Positions 1-9,482 of a DNA stretch of 64,000 bases are shown piece by piece. Position 1 is the stretch's first letter; each line of letters opens with the position of its first letter. The position numbers were made by a program, and so were the translations under genes. This DNA is from an uncultured Candidatus Rokubacteria bacterium. GTDB lineage: Bacteria; Methylomirabilota; Methylomirabilia; Rokubacteriales; DASRDR01. A model generated the notes under the pieces. It did no database searches, was not told the DNA's origin, and was given only the letters and a program-made list of their open reading frames with translations. Location: NCBI GenBank assembly GCA_963826115.1, contig CAWGVS010000011.1, positions 96,001-160,000 of the forward strand. Direction: 5' to 3'.

Positions 1-434
1 CCGTCTCCGGAGACCTGGACGCCGCCGCTGACCTGGACGGACAGGGTGACGTTGACGCCGCCGAAGACCAAAGCGACGTCGATGCTCTGGAGGCCGGGGG
101 GGACGGTGAAGACGGGATCGGGCTTGTCGGAGGGGAAGCTCTGGCCGCCGCAGCGGATGACGCCGCTGACGCTGTACTGGCCGGCGGGGAGAAGCAGGGA
201 GACGGTCGTGTCGCTGGCGGAGACGGTTTTGTTCCCGGGCTGGATGGTGAGCTCGACGCTCTGGCAGCCCTGGGGGAGGACGCCGAGGACGGCGCCCTTG
301 ACCTGGCTGAAGCGGAGCTCGAGCCGGCTGGCGCTGGAGCCCGTGCTGTTACTGCTGCTCCCGCTGCAGGCCTGGGCCAGCGCGGCGATCACCACGAGCC
401 CCGCCATGAACCGCCAGGACCATCGCATGCTCAT
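1..434 (-). CDS. Lipoprotein, paralog of 463..1335 (3' end lies outside the window)
   Basis: Hand translation from ATG 434 (alternative ATG 428) gives MSMRWSWRFMAGLVVIAALAQAC-SGSSSNSTGSSASRLELRFSQVKG..., with lipobox LAQAC. It is nearly identical to the N-terminal ~145 aa of the upstream gene. Missing from the ORF track because no stop falls in the window. Confidence 0.85.
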   Translation of the reverse strand, partial: MSMRWSWRFMAGLVVIAALAQACSGSSSNSTGSSASRLELRFSQVKGAVLGVLPQGCQSVELTIQPGNKTVSASDTTVSLLLPAGQYSVSGVIRCGGQSFPSDKPDPVFTVPPGLQSIDVALVFGGVNVTLSVQVSGGVQVSGD

Positions 435-462
435 GCCCTCGTCGCGACCGATCGGCTAGTGG

Positions 463-1335
463 CTAACGTCGTGGGCGTAGGAACTGGAAGAAACAGGCAT
501 CCCCATTGAAGTTCACCTGCACGGTTCCCCCGCCGACGGTCACGTTCTGCGGCGAGTCCGGGTGCTGGAACTCCCCCTCGCCTTGGCAGAAAGCCTGGAC
601 CGAGTGGCTTCCGCTGGACACCGACTTGCTGACGGAGCTGCCCGTGCCAAGGTGTGCCGCTACGGTGGAGCCGTCGACGGCGATTCGTATGCCGGGGCTC
701 TCCTCCCCGGTATTGGTCACCCGGATCGTGCCCCCGCCGACGCCAACGAACACGGTCTTGTTGGCGTTCATCAGCACGGTGCAGGAGCCGGTGCCGCTGC
801 AGCCGCCGGAGAACACGGCGTCAGGCTGATTGGCGGTGAGCGTGACGCTGGTGCCGGCGAAGAAGCTCTCGGAGCAGTCGCCGGGGCAGGCGATGCCGGA
901 GCCGGAGACCTGGACGCCGCCGCTGACCTGGACGGAGAGGGTGACGTTGACCCCGCCGAAGACGAGGGCGACGTCGATGCTCTGGAGGCCGGGCGGCACG
1001 GTGAAGACCGGGTCGGGCTTGTCGGAGGGGAAGCTCTGGCCGCCGCAGCGGAGGACGCCGCTGACGCTGTACTGGCCGGCGGGGAGGAGGAGGGAGACGG
1101 TCGTGTCGTTGCCGGAGACGGTTTTGTTCCCGGGCTGGATGGTGAGCTCGACGCTCTGGCAGCCCTGGGGGAGGACCCCGAGGACGACGCCCTTGACCTG
1201 GCTGAAGCGGAGCTCGAACCGGCTGGCGCTGGAGCTCGTGCTGCTGCTGCCGCTGCAGGCCTGGGCCAGCGCGGCGATCACCACCAGCGCCACGGCGAGC
1301 CGCCAGGGACGCCGCCCGCGTGCTCCCACCGACAC
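463..1335 (-). CDS. Lipoprotein with Ig-like beta-sandwich modules and a divergent InlB B-repeat-like segment
   Basis: Lipobox LAQAC and a Ser-rich tether. The segment CPGDCSESFFAGTSVTLTA...FSGGCSGTGSCTVLMNANKTV resembles InlB-B/bacterial repeat domains. Confidence 0.75.
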   Translation of the reverse strand: MSVGARGRRPWRLAVALVVIAALAQACSGSSSTSSSASRFELRFSQVKGVVLGVLPQGCQSVELTIQPGNKTVSGNDTTVSLLLPAGQYSVSGVLRCGGQSFPSDKPDPVFTVPPGLQSIDVALVFGGVNVTLSVQVSGGVQVSGSGIACPGDCSESFFAGTSVTLTANQPDAVFSGGCSGTGSCTVLMNANKTVFVGVGGGTIRVTNTGEESPGIRIAVDGSTVAAHLGTGSSVSKSVSSGSHSVQAFCQGEGEFQHPDSPQNVTVGGGTVQVNFNGDACFFQFLRPRR

Positions 1336-1356
1336 CCTCGTCGCCCTCGCCGGTCC

Positions 1357-2523
1357 CTAGAACCGGTACATCACGCGGACGTCCGCGTGGACTCCGTTGA
1401 TCGTGCCCGCCTGGGGGAAGGACGGGCTCCGCTCGACGTCCATGAAGAAGTAGCGCACCCCGCCCTCGATCCCGAACCGCCGGTGCGGCAGCCACGACAC
1501 CGTGGGGCCGATGGAGATCTTGGTCCGGCCGCCGTCGTAGAGCGGATCGCTTGTCGCGTATTCGTTAGCGAACACGTGCTTCACCTCGACGGCGCCCGTG
1601 ATCGTCCACACGTCGTCGATGATGTAGCCGACGACGACGCCGCCGCGGATGTCGTTGCCGTTGCTGTTGCTGGGTTCGGTCGTGAGGTTCCCGGCGGCGT
1701 TGGGCCGGTCGGCCTTGAAACGGACGATGTCCCGGAACGTCACCGCGATCCACCAGGGCTCCGGGCGCCACTCGAGGCTCACCCGGAAGTCCAGCTCGTC
1801 GCCTTCCTGGAAGCTGTCGCTGCCGCCCAGCTTGTCCGCGCTGAACATCGTGTAGGTGACGGTGCCGACGAGGCGCGTCGCGTCGGCCACGGCCACGTCG
1901 GCGAGGGCCGTGAAGGTGAGCTCGTTGCCCGGGTCGAGGTCGTCGCCCGGGATGTCCTTGGTCGGGTCGTACTCGCCCGTCCAGAGGTAGCCCACACCGC
2001 CGCCGATTCCCCACCGGCCGAAGTTCCGGTACGCGCTGACGGTCGGGTTGACGTCGAATCCCTCGCCGAACCGCTCGAGGAGGGCGAGGTCTTCGTCCTG
2101 GATCGCCGCGAGGTCGCGGGTCTTCAGGCGCGACACGCCCGTCGGGAGGTCGAGGTTCAGCCCCGCGCGGATCTCGACGTCGGCGACGATCCAGCGGTAG
2201 TACCCGGCCAGCGTCGAGTCCGTGAGACCGCTGATCTGGCCGCTCTGGCGGTTACCGCCGGGATCACGCTGCGAATCGCCGATGGCGCCCCGGATGCTCA
2301 CGCCCCAGAAGGGCGTGTCGAAGGCCAGCGACAGCGGGGCCAGGATCTGGTGACCGTCCTGTCCGGCGCCGCTCCAGGCGTCCAGGTGAACGCCGGTCCA
2401 GGCCGTCCACTCGTCGGCGAGGGCGGGGGAGCCGCCGGCCACGACAGCCGCGAGGACGAGGATCCCCGCCAGGAACAGGGCGCCGGTCCGACGCTTTCGG
2501 GACTTCCGATCTCGGAGTGACAT
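1357..2523 (-). CDS. Outer-membrane beta-barrel protein
   Basis: Signal peptide (SPALA-DE), amphipathic beta strands, and a C-terminal BAM-type signature VRVMYRF. Confidence 0.8.
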   Translation of the reverse strand: MSLRDRKSRKRRTGALFLAGILVLAAVVAGGSPALADEWTAWTGVHLDAWSGAGQDGHQILAPLSLAFDTPFWGVSIRGAIGDSQRDPGGNRQSGQISGLTDSTLAGYYRWIVADVEIRAGLNLDLPTGVSRLKTRDLAAIQDEDLALLERFGEGFDVNPTVSAYRNFGRWGIGGGVGYLWTGEYDPTKDIPGDDLDPGNELTFTALADVAVADATRLVGTVTYTMFSADKLGGSDSFQEGDELDFRVSLEWRPEPWWIAVTFRDIVRFKADRPNAAGNLTTEPSNSNGNDIRGGVVVGYIIDDVWTITGAVEVKHVFANEYATSDPLYDGGRTKISIGPTVSWLPHRRFGIEGGVRYFFMDVERSPSFPQAGTINGVHADVRVMYRF

Positions 2524-2541
2524 GTCGGTCCTCTCGCCGTC

Positions 2542-3405
2542 TCAGTTGACCGAGATGTCGATGTTGGCGACGCCGTTTTCCTTCTCGGGCGCGGTGCCGC
2601 TCGACTGGTTCGACTGGCCCGTGCCGCCGCTGAGCGTGTTGCCGATGGTCTTGTCGAGCTTGGAATCGATCACGCCGAGCGTCTGACGGTCGAGGTTGCC
2701 CGGGAGCACGCTGGCGCCCTCGAAGGCGAGGCTCGACAGGACCGAGCGCTTGTCCCAGAGCGGGATGATCCGGCAGGGCGTCGGATCGCGCTTGCTCTGC
2801 ACCCGCGTGTAGCGGTTACGCGTGCAGAGGACCTGGCCGGCGTCCGTGGAGTCGGCCTGGACGGTGCCGGCGAAGACGTAGACGCGGGTGTCCGGGCTCC
2901 CGTCCGGCGCCGGCTGGCCACCGGAGCTGGGCGTCATGCCCTGGAGCAGCGCGAAGTCCGTCTGGCGCACGGCGGCGACGGCGGTCGGCGTCTTGACCGC
3001 GAAGCGTCCCATGCCGGTCCCGACCTTGGCCACGACCTGGCGGGCGACCCAGGCGCGCGCCTGCCCGTTGTTGAGGTTGAAGCGGGACGTGGTCGGCTGG
3101 TTGGCCCCGTCGACGTCGAGCTTGTCGATCTCGAGGTCGGACAGCTCGCCGACGCGCACGAGGCTCCCGTCGCCCAGCACCACCTCGGCGACGCCGCCCT
3201 TGCCCGTGACGATGCGGTCGCCCTCGGAGAGCCGGGCGCCCTTCTGCAGCGGCTGGGCCGCCGTCTGCCCCTGCTTCACGACCTCCACGGGCGCGCGCGC
3301 AAGGATCACCTCGGCGGTGCCCGTCGTCTGGGCGGCGACGCTCGATACGCCGAGCGCGACGCTCACCGCGAGGGCCAGCCCGAGCCACTTCGTGACGCTG
3401 CTCAT
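2542..3405 (-). CDS. Secreted FecR-domain protein
   Basis: Signal peptide; FecR-like motifs LSEGDRIVTGKGGVAEVVLGDGSLVRVGELS and FAVKTPTAVAAVRQTDF. Confidence 0.85.
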   Translation of the reverse strand: MSSVTKWLGLALAVSVALGVSSVAAQTTGTAEVILARAPVEVVKQGQTAAQPLQKGARLSEGDRIVTGKGGVAEVVLGDGSLVRVGELSDLEIDKLDVDGANQPTTSRFNLNNGQARAWVARQVVAKVGTGMGRFAVKTPTAVAAVRQTDFALLQGMTPSSGGQPAPDGSPDTRVYVFAGTVQADSTDAGQVLCTRNRYTRVQSKRDPTPCRIIPLWDKRSVLSSLAFEGASVLPGNLDRQTLGVIDSKLDKTIGNTLSGGTGQSNQSSGTAPEKENGVANIDISVN

Positions 3406-5516
3406 GACGACGCCTCCTGGCCGATCTTCTTCACGTCGACGAGATCAAAGATGTCGACGGCCAGATGCTTGCCCTTGACGGTCACGCTTCCGAGGGGGCG
3501 GACCTCCACGTGGTCCCGTACCAGCTCGTAGGTGCCCTGGCTGATGATGATGTGGCGGGCGGTCTGGTAGTCCTTGTTGAGGCTCTCGAGCCGAGCGCCC
3601 AGGTTCACCTGGTCCCCGATGACCGTGTAGGTGAAGCGCTGTGACGAACCGAAGTTCCCCACCAGCATCTCTCCCGTCGCGATACCGAAGCCCGTGACGA
3701 ACGGCTCCCGCCCCTCCGCCTGCCATTTCTCGTTGAGGCGGGCCACCACCTCGGACATTTCGACTGCAGCCCGACATGCCTGGAGTGCGTGATCCGGGTT
3801 GTCGAAGGGTGCGCCGAAGAACGCCATCGTAGCATCGCCGATGAACTTGTCCAAAGTTCCCCGGTGCCGGAAGACGACCTCGACCATCGCGGTCAAGTAC
3901 TCGCGCAACGCGCCCACGACCTCCTCCGGCGAATGGTGCTCCGAGAAGGTCGTGAAGCCTCGAATGTCCGAAAACAGGACAGTCAGGATCCGGCGCTCAC
4001 CGCCGAAGGTGAGCTTGGCCGGGTCGCGTCCGATCTCCTCGACCACGGCCGGCGGGACGTACTGGCGGAACGCCTGCTTGATCCACCGTCGCTCGCGCTC
4101 CTCGGTCAACACCTGGTAAGTCACGCTCCCCACGTGGCCGACGGCGAGGGCCACCAGGGGCGGCAGGAGCAGGACCCAGAGGCCGTTGCGAAAGCCGAGG
4201 TGGACGAGGCCCGTCGTTCCGGCCGCCAGGGCGAGCGCGACCACCGTGCCCCAGATGGCCCCCACGCGGGGCAGGAGCAGGGGGCCGACGAGGCCGAGGA
4301 CGATGACGCCGATCGTCTCGATGATGGCGAGCGCTGCCGGTGTCCGGAGCCCTCGGCCTTCCAGCAGGTTGGCGATCGCGGTGGCGTGGCTTTCGACGCC
4401 GGGCATGACCGAGTCGAAGGGAGTCGGCCGGACGTCCATGAGACCGTGCGCGGTGAAGCCGACGAGGACGACCTGGTCCTTGACGTCCGGCGGCGTGGAT
4501 CCGGTGAGAACGTCGACCGCGGGGATGTTGCGGAAGGTACCCGCCGGGCCGTAGTAGGAGAGCAGCAGCACCCCGCTCTCGTCCGTCGGCACCAGCGTCG
4601 AGCCGATCTGCACGCCGCGGTCTGCCGTCACGCGAACGCGGGTCCGCGAGAGCCCGAGCGCGAGGCGCGCGGCCTCGAGCGTCAGGCTCGGATAGAGTCC
4701 CTCCCCCAGGCGGATCATCAGCTCGACGCGCCGCAGGGCGCCGTCGGCGTCGGGGTTCACGTTGACGTGGCCGTTCCCCGCGGACGCGAGGATGAATCGG
4801 GGCAGGGGAAGCTGCACGCCCGCCGCGTGGCGCGGGTCGACCGACTGCTCGGCCTCGGGGCTCGCGAAGCCCACGATCCGGCTCCGGTTGAGGAGGCGCT
4901 GGCCCTCGTCGTCGAGCGGCATGAGCTCGTGCGGCGGGAACACGAAGAAGTAGGGCAGCACGACGCGGCGGGTCGCGGCGAGCGTCTGGGCGAGCGTCGC
5001 GTCGGTGTCCGCGTCCGCCAGCGCTTCCTCGAGGCTCCGACTGAACTCGGCCGACGGCCCCTGCGCGCGCGCGAGGCCGAGGGCCCGGTAGCGCCCGGCG
5101 AGGGCGCGCGCGAGCACCAGCCGGCTGTTCTCGTCGGGCTCGTTCAGCAGGAGGTCGAGCGCGATGACCTTCGCGCCACCCTCGGTCAGGCGCTGGATGA
5201 TCTCGGCGGTGCGGGTCCGGGGCCACGGCCACCGGCCGACCAGCTCGAGGCTCAGCTCGTCGATGGCGACGATGCTGACGTTCGGCGGTGGCGTCAGGGG
5301 CCCGCGGAGCCGCGCGTGCCAGTCGAGGACGCGCAGCTCGATCTGGTCGACGAGCGTGGGTGGCGCGAAGACGCACACGAGCCCCAGCGTGATCGCGAGG
5401 CAGGCGAGGGCCGGCCGCACGAGGCGCCGGAGCGAGCGCCTCGTGTTCGGCTTCGCCGGCTGCGTCGAGGGTGCGGCCGTCTTCAGCTTCACGGGTGGCG
5501 CGATCTTAGCATGCAC
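3402..5516 (-). CDS. CHASE2-domain class III adenylate cyclase
   Basis: CHASE2 motifs IVAIDE, GRWPWPR, DADGALRR and MPGVESHA, followed by three TM helices. Cyclase motifs FSDIRGFT, DKFIGD and YTVIGDQVNLGARLE, with Lys/Thr residues indicating ATP specificity. Confidence 0.95.
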   Translation of the reverse strand: MHAKIAPPVKLKTAAPSTQPAKPNTRRSLRRLVRPALACLAITLGLVCVFAPPTLVDQIELRVLDWHARLRGPLTPPPNVSIVAIDELSLELVGRWPWPRTRTAEIIQRLTEGGAKVIALDLLLNEPDENSRLVLARALAGRYRALGLARAQGPSAEFSRSLEEALADADTDATLAQTLAATRRVVLPYFFVFPPHELMPLDDEGQRLLNRSRIVGFASPEAEQSVDPRHAAGVQLPLPRFILASAGNGHVNVNPDADGALRRVELMIRLGEGLYPSLTLEAARLALGLSRTRVRVTADRGVQIGSTLVPTDESGVLLLSYYGPAGTFRNIPAVDVLTGSTPPDVKDQVVLVGFTAHGLMDVRPTPFDSVMPGVESHATAIANLLEGRGLRTPAALAIIETIGVIVLGLVGPLLLPRVGAIWGTVVALALAAGTTGLVHLGFRNGLWVLLLPPLVALAVGHVGSVTYQVLTEERERRWIKQAFRQYVPPAVVEEIGRDPAKLTFGGERRILTVLFSDIRGFTTFSEHHSPEEVVGALREYLTAMVEVVFRHRGTLDKFIGDATMAFFGAPFDNPDHALQACRAAVEMSEVVARLNEKWQAEGREPFVTGFGIATGEMLVGNFGSSQRFTYTVIGDQVNLGARLESLNKDYQTARHIIISQGTYELVRDHVEVRPLGSVTVKGKHLAVDIFDLVDVKKIGQEASS

Positions 5517-5638
5517 CCCCGCCAGGCCTCGATTCTCGGCGTGCCCGCCGATACACGCGGCGCGCGGCGGGCCAGCTGCGGCTAGCTGCGGCTAAGTGTC
5601 GAGAAGTCAACGTCCGACGCCGTAGTATCATCCATGCC

Positions 5639-6265
5639 ATGGCACCCTTTGCAGGCGCTCCGGCGGCGCCCCGCAACGTGATCCTGGTCGGCTTCATGGG
5701 CGCAGGGAAGTCCACCGTCGGGCGTCTCCTCGCGCGTCGCCTGGGCCGCTGCTTCGTGGAGACCGACGCGATGATCACGGCGCGCGAGGGCCGCTCCATC
5801 CCCGAGATCTTCGAGACGCGCGGCGAGCCCTACTTCCGCCAGCTCGAGGGGGAGGTGCTGGAGGCGCTCACGGACAAGCGCGATCACGTGGTCGCGACGG
5901 GCGGGGGTTTTCCGTGCGCGCCCGGGGCCATGGACCGACTTCTCCAGCTCGGCACGGTCGTCTGGCTCGCGGCCGACTTCGAGGCGGCCTACGCCCGGGC
6001 CAACCGCGTCGGCGGGCGGCCCATGCTGGCGGGTCGCTCGATGGAGGAGGCCGCGGCACTCTACCGGGTCCGGCAGGACGTCTACCGTCGGGCCCACCTC
6101 GCCCTCGACACCTCGCGCATGACGGTGGACGCCGTGGTCGGGCGGATCATGCGTCACCTTCGAGACCGCGAGGGCGTCGTCCGTCGGGCCGAGGCGCCCG
6201 TCGAGCCCCGTCCGTCCGCGGACCTGCCCGCCGCGGTGGGTGAGCGTCGGGAGGGGGATGCGTAG
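5639..6265 (+). CDS. aroK: Shikimate kinase
   Basis: GFMGAGKST P-loop, GEPYFRQLE, ATGGG, RPML. Confidence 0.95.
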   Translation: MAPFAGAPAAPRNVILVGFMGAGKSTVGRLLARRLGRCFVETDAMITAREGRSIPEIFETRGEPYFRQLEGEVLEALTDKRDHVVATGGGFPCAPGAMDRLLQLGTVVWLAADFEAAYARANRVGGRPMLAGRSMEEAAALYRVRQDVYRRAHLALDTSRMTVDAVVGRIMRHLRDREGVVRRAEAPVEPRPSADLPAAVGERREGDA

Positions 6266-6291
6266 CTCACGAGCCCTCGAGCCGCGGGGCC

Positions 6292-8160
6292 ATGGCTAGC
6301 GAGACGGGCGCGCTCGCCCAGCGGCTCCAGCGGGGGCCGCTCCTCGCCGACGGCGCGATGGGCACCATGCTCTACGCCCGCGGCGTGTCGCTCGACGCGT
6401 GCTTCGACGTCCTGAACCTCCACGACCCGAAGACCGTCCAGTCGATCCACCGGGAGTACGTCGCCGCCGGGGCCGACCTCGTCGAGACCAACACCTTTGG
6501 CGCCAACCGGTTCAAGCTGGCTCTTCACGGGCTCGAGGGGCGGGTCCACGAGATCAATCGCGCCGGCGCGCGGCTCGCGCGCGACGTCCGCGAGACGATG
6601 GGACGGGACGTTCTCGTGCTGGGCTCCATCGGGCCGCTCGGGAAGTACCTCTTGCCCCTCGGGACGCTCGGTGAGGCCGAGGCGGCCGCCGCGTTCCGGG
6701 AGCAGGCCGAGGCGCTGCTCGAGGGCGGCGTGGACGGGTTCGTCGCGGAAACGTTCTCCGACTTCCGCGAGCTCCGGCTCGCCGTCGCCGCGATCCGCGA
6801 GGTCTCGGCCGACCTGCCCGTCGTGGCCCAGATGGCGTTCAACGACGAGCACGTGACCTTCCGGGGCCAGGCGCCAGCCGAGGTCGCGCGCGACCTCGCC
6901 GCGCTGCCGGTCCAGGTGATCGGGGCCAACTGCGGCGTCGGCTCCAGCGTGCTCTACGACGTGGGGCTCCTCTTCCACGAGGCGGCGCCCCGGGCATGGC
7001 TGTCGATCCGGCCGAACGCGGGCCTCCCGAGCCGGCACGGCGAGCGCCTGATCTACCTGTCGTCGCCGGCCTACATGGCCGACTACGCCTCGCGCATGCT
7101 TGACGCCGGCGCCCGGATCGTCGGCGGTTGCTGCGGGACCACGCCCGCCCACATCCGCGCGATGCGCGAGGTCGTGGACGCGCACGCGGGCAGGGCGGAG
7201 GGGACGCGCCGCGCCGTGACGGTCGCGCCGTCCGTCCGCCCGGAGCGGGAGGAGGCGCCCGCGTTCGGGGTGACCGCCGAGCCCTCGCGGCTCCTGTCGC
7301 GCCTCCGCGCCGAGGAGTTCCTGGTCACGGTGGAGCTCGACCCGCCGCGTGGCCACAACATCGAGAAGCTCGTGCAGGGGGCGAAGCTGCTCGCCGAGCG
7401 CGGCGTGGAGGTCGTCGACATCAACGACGGGTCGCTCGGGCGGGTCCGGATGGCGGTTCTCGCGACCGCGCTCCTCGTGCGCGAGGCGACCGGCCTCGAC
7501 ATCAGCATGCACTTCACCTGCCGAGACCGGAACCTGATGGGCATCCAGGGCGACCTCCTCGGTGCCCACGCGCTCGGCGTGCGGAACATCCTGGCGATGA
7601 CCGGGGATCCCCCGCGTGGCGGCGACTACGTCAACGCGACCGCGGTCTTCGACGTCGACGCGATCGGCCTCGTCCGCATCATTGCCGGCATGAACCGAGG
7701 GGTGGACGCGGCGGGCAACTCGATCGGCGAGCCCACGGCCTTCGGCGTCGGCGTTGCGGTGGACCCCGGGGCCGCCGACCCGTCGCGCGAGATCGACCGC
7801 CTCCACACCAAGGTGGAGGCCGGCGCCATGTGGGCCCAGACGCAGCCGGTCTACGACCTCGGCCAGCTCGAGCAGTTCCTCGCGCGCCTCGGTCGGGTGC
7901 CGGTGCCGCTGATCGTCGGCATCCTGCCGCTCCACTCGTTCCGTCACGCCGAGTTTCTGCACAATGAGGTGCCCGGCATCACGATCCCGGACGGTGTCCG
8001 GGCGCGGCTCCGTGACGCGGGCGACCACGCGCTCCGGGTCGGCGTCGAGACGGCGCAGGAGATCCTGACCGCGGTGCGCCGGCGGCACGCGGGCGCGTAC
8101 CTGATGCCCTCCTTCGGACGCTACGAGGTCGTGGCCGAGGTCCTCGAGGCCCTCCGGTGA
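6292..8160 (+). CDS. Bifunctional homocysteine S-methyltransferase / 5,10-methylenetetrahydrofolate reductase (YitJ-like)
   Basis: DGAMGT, GANC and GGCCGTTP (Zn-binding Cys), followed by an MTHFR domain (VELDPP, HFTCRDRN, MTGDPP, QTQPVYD). Confidence 0.93.
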   Translation: MASETGALAQRLQRGPLLADGAMGTMLYARGVSLDACFDVLNLHDPKTVQSIHREYVAAGADLVETNTFGANRFKLALHGLEGRVHEINRAGARLARDVRETMGRDVLVLGSIGPLGKYLLPLGTLGEAEAAAAFREQAEALLEGGVDGFVAETFSDFRELRLAVAAIREVSADLPVVAQMAFNDEHVTFRGQAPAEVARDLAALPVQVIGANCGVGSSVLYDVGLLFHEAAPRAWLSIRPNAGLPSRHGERLIYLSSPAYMADYASRMLDAGARIVGGCCGTTPAHIRAMREVVDAHAGRAEGTRRAVTVAPSVRPEREEAPAFGVTAEPSRLLSRLRAEEFLVTVELDPPRGHNIEKLVQGAKLLAERGVEVVDINDGSLGRVRMAVLATALLVREATGLDISMHFTCRDRNLMGIQGDLLGAHALGVRNILAMTGDPPRGGDYVNATAVFDVDAIGLVRIIAGMNRGVDAAGNSIGEPTAFGVGVAVDPGAADPSREIDRLHTKVEAGAMWAQTQPVYDLGQLEQFLARLGRVPVPLIVGILPLHSFRHAEFLHNEVPGITIPDGVRARLRDAGDHALRVGVETAQEILTAVRRRHAGAYLMPSFGRYEVVAEVLEALR

Positions 8161-8183
8161 CCCGGGGCCGGCAATCGAAGTCC

Positions 8184-8239
8184 GGGGTCAGGCCCCGCTC
8201 TTGATTTCGGCATGGACATCAAAGTCCGGGCCTGACCCC
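8184..8239. repeat. GGGGTCAGGCCC inverted-repeat element (REP/REPIN- or MITE-like), copy 1
   Basis: GGGGTCAGGCCC at 8184 and its reverse complement GGGCCTGACCCC ending at 8239; internal TTGAT...ATCAA also pairs. Confidence 0.85.
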
Positions 8240-8279
8240 GTCGTCTGGCTTCTGACGCGCGAGGGCGAGGACTGACCCC

Positions 8280-9467
8280 GTGGGGGCGCTGGACGGGCTC
8301 GTCGTCCTGGACCTCGCCACGTTCATCGCGGCGCCGATGTGCGCCACGCTGCTCGGCGAGTTCGGGGCGGAAGTCATCAAGGTGGAGCAGCCCGGGGTGG
8401 GGGACGACCTCCGCCGGCTCGGCCGCCAGTCGGACGGCGTGTCGCTCTGGTGGCTCTCCGACTCGCGAAACAAGAAGTCGATCACGTGCAACCTCCGGGA
8501 CCCGGCGGGGCAGGCCCTCATCCGACGCCTGTGTCGGCACGTCGACGTCGTCGCGGAGAACTTCCGGCCCGGCACCCTCGAGCGCTGGGGGCTCGGGTAC
8601 GAGGCCCTCCGAGCCGAGAACCCCCGGCTCGTGATGGTCCGGATCTCCGCGTTCGGCCAGACGGGACCCCACCGGGAGCGGCCGGGGTTCGGGCGCATCG
8701 CCGCGGCGGTTGGCGGCATCTCATATCTGTCGGGGTATCCCGACCGTCCGCCGGTGACCCCGGGAACGCCGACGGTGCCCGACTACCTGGCGGGCGTCAT
8801 GGGAGCGGTGGGGGCCCTGGTGGCGCTCCGGGCACGGGAGCGGACGGGCGAGGGGCAGATGGTCGACCTGGCGCTCTACGAGCCGATCGTGCGGATCCTG
8901 GACGACGCGATCCCCGTGTTCGGGGCGCTCGGGTACGTCCGCGAGCGCATCGGCTCGGCCGCGGAGAGCGCGGCGCCCCACAACCACTACGAGAGCCGGG
9001 ACGGGCGCTGGGTGGCGGTGGCCTGCACGAACGACCGGATGTTCGCCCGGCTGGCGCAGGCCATGGGAACACCCGGCCTCGTGGCGCGGTTTCCGGGGGT
9101 GCGGGAGCGTCTCGCCGCGCGGGCCGAGCTGGACGGGCTCGTCCAGACGTGGGTCGGCGCCCGGGACGCCGCGGAGGCCCTGGCCGCCCTCGACGCCGCC
9201 GAGGTGCCGTGCGCGCTCGTCAACTCCGTGCGGGACCTCTTCGAGGACCCGCAGATCAAGGCCCGGGAGAACATCGTCGCCGTGCCGGACGCGCGCCTGG
9301 GGACGGTCCACATGTCGGGTGTCGTGCCCCGCCTCACGGGCACGCCCGGGGAGATCCGGCATGCCGGGCCCCGCGAGCTCGGAGGCGACAACGAGGACAT
9401 CTACCTCGGCCGGCTCGGGCTCGAGCGGGCCGAGTACGACCGATTGCGAGCCGCCGGCGTAGTCTAG
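8280..9467 (+). CDS. Family III CoA transferase (CaiB/BaiF)
   Basis: ALDGLVVLDL, LGEFGAEVIKVE, RNKKSITCNL, ENFRPG, and the catalytic-Asp region PDYLAG. Confidence 0.93.
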   Translation: MGALDGLVVLDLATFIAAPMCATLLGEFGAEVIKVEQPGVGDDLRRLGRQSDGVSLWWLSDSRNKKSITCNLRDPAGQALIRRLCRHVDVVAENFRPGTLERWGLGYEALRAENPRLVMVRISAFGQTGPHRERPGFGRIAAAVGGISYLSGYPDRPPVTPGTPTVPDYLAGVMGAVGALVALRARERTGEGQMVDLALYEPIVRILDDAIPVFGALGYVRERIGSAAESAAPHNHYESRDGRWVAVACTNDRMFARLAQAMGTPGLVARFPGVRERLAARAELDGLVQTWVGARDAAEALAALDAAEVPCALVNSVRDLFEDPQIKARENIVAVPDARLGTVHMSGVVPRLTGTPGEIRHAGPRELGGDNEDIYLGRLGLERAEYDRLRAAGVV

Positions 9468-9482
9468 GTGCAGGGAGGACTC

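Noticed and set aside
1-1335. Lipoprotein duplication as a diversity-generating retroelement (TR/VR pair)
   Set aside because: The differences are not adenine-specific, both copies are coding, and there is no reverse transcriptase in the window.
562-2520. Long antisense or alternate-frame ORFs (562..2520, 21201..25073, 33971..36997, 16079..18256 and similar)
   Set aside because: Shadow ORFs expected at very high GC. They overlap well-supported genes and have Arg/Pro/Gly-rich sequence with no motifs.
6266-6291. SAM or cobalamin riboswitch ahead of the methionine-related or MtaA-like genes
   Set aside because: The intergenic space is too short here, and no consensus elements are recognisable here or at 31686-31745.
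6292-8160. Homocysteine methyltransferase-MTHFR fusion as a novelty
   Set aside because: This is a known architecture (YitJ-like).
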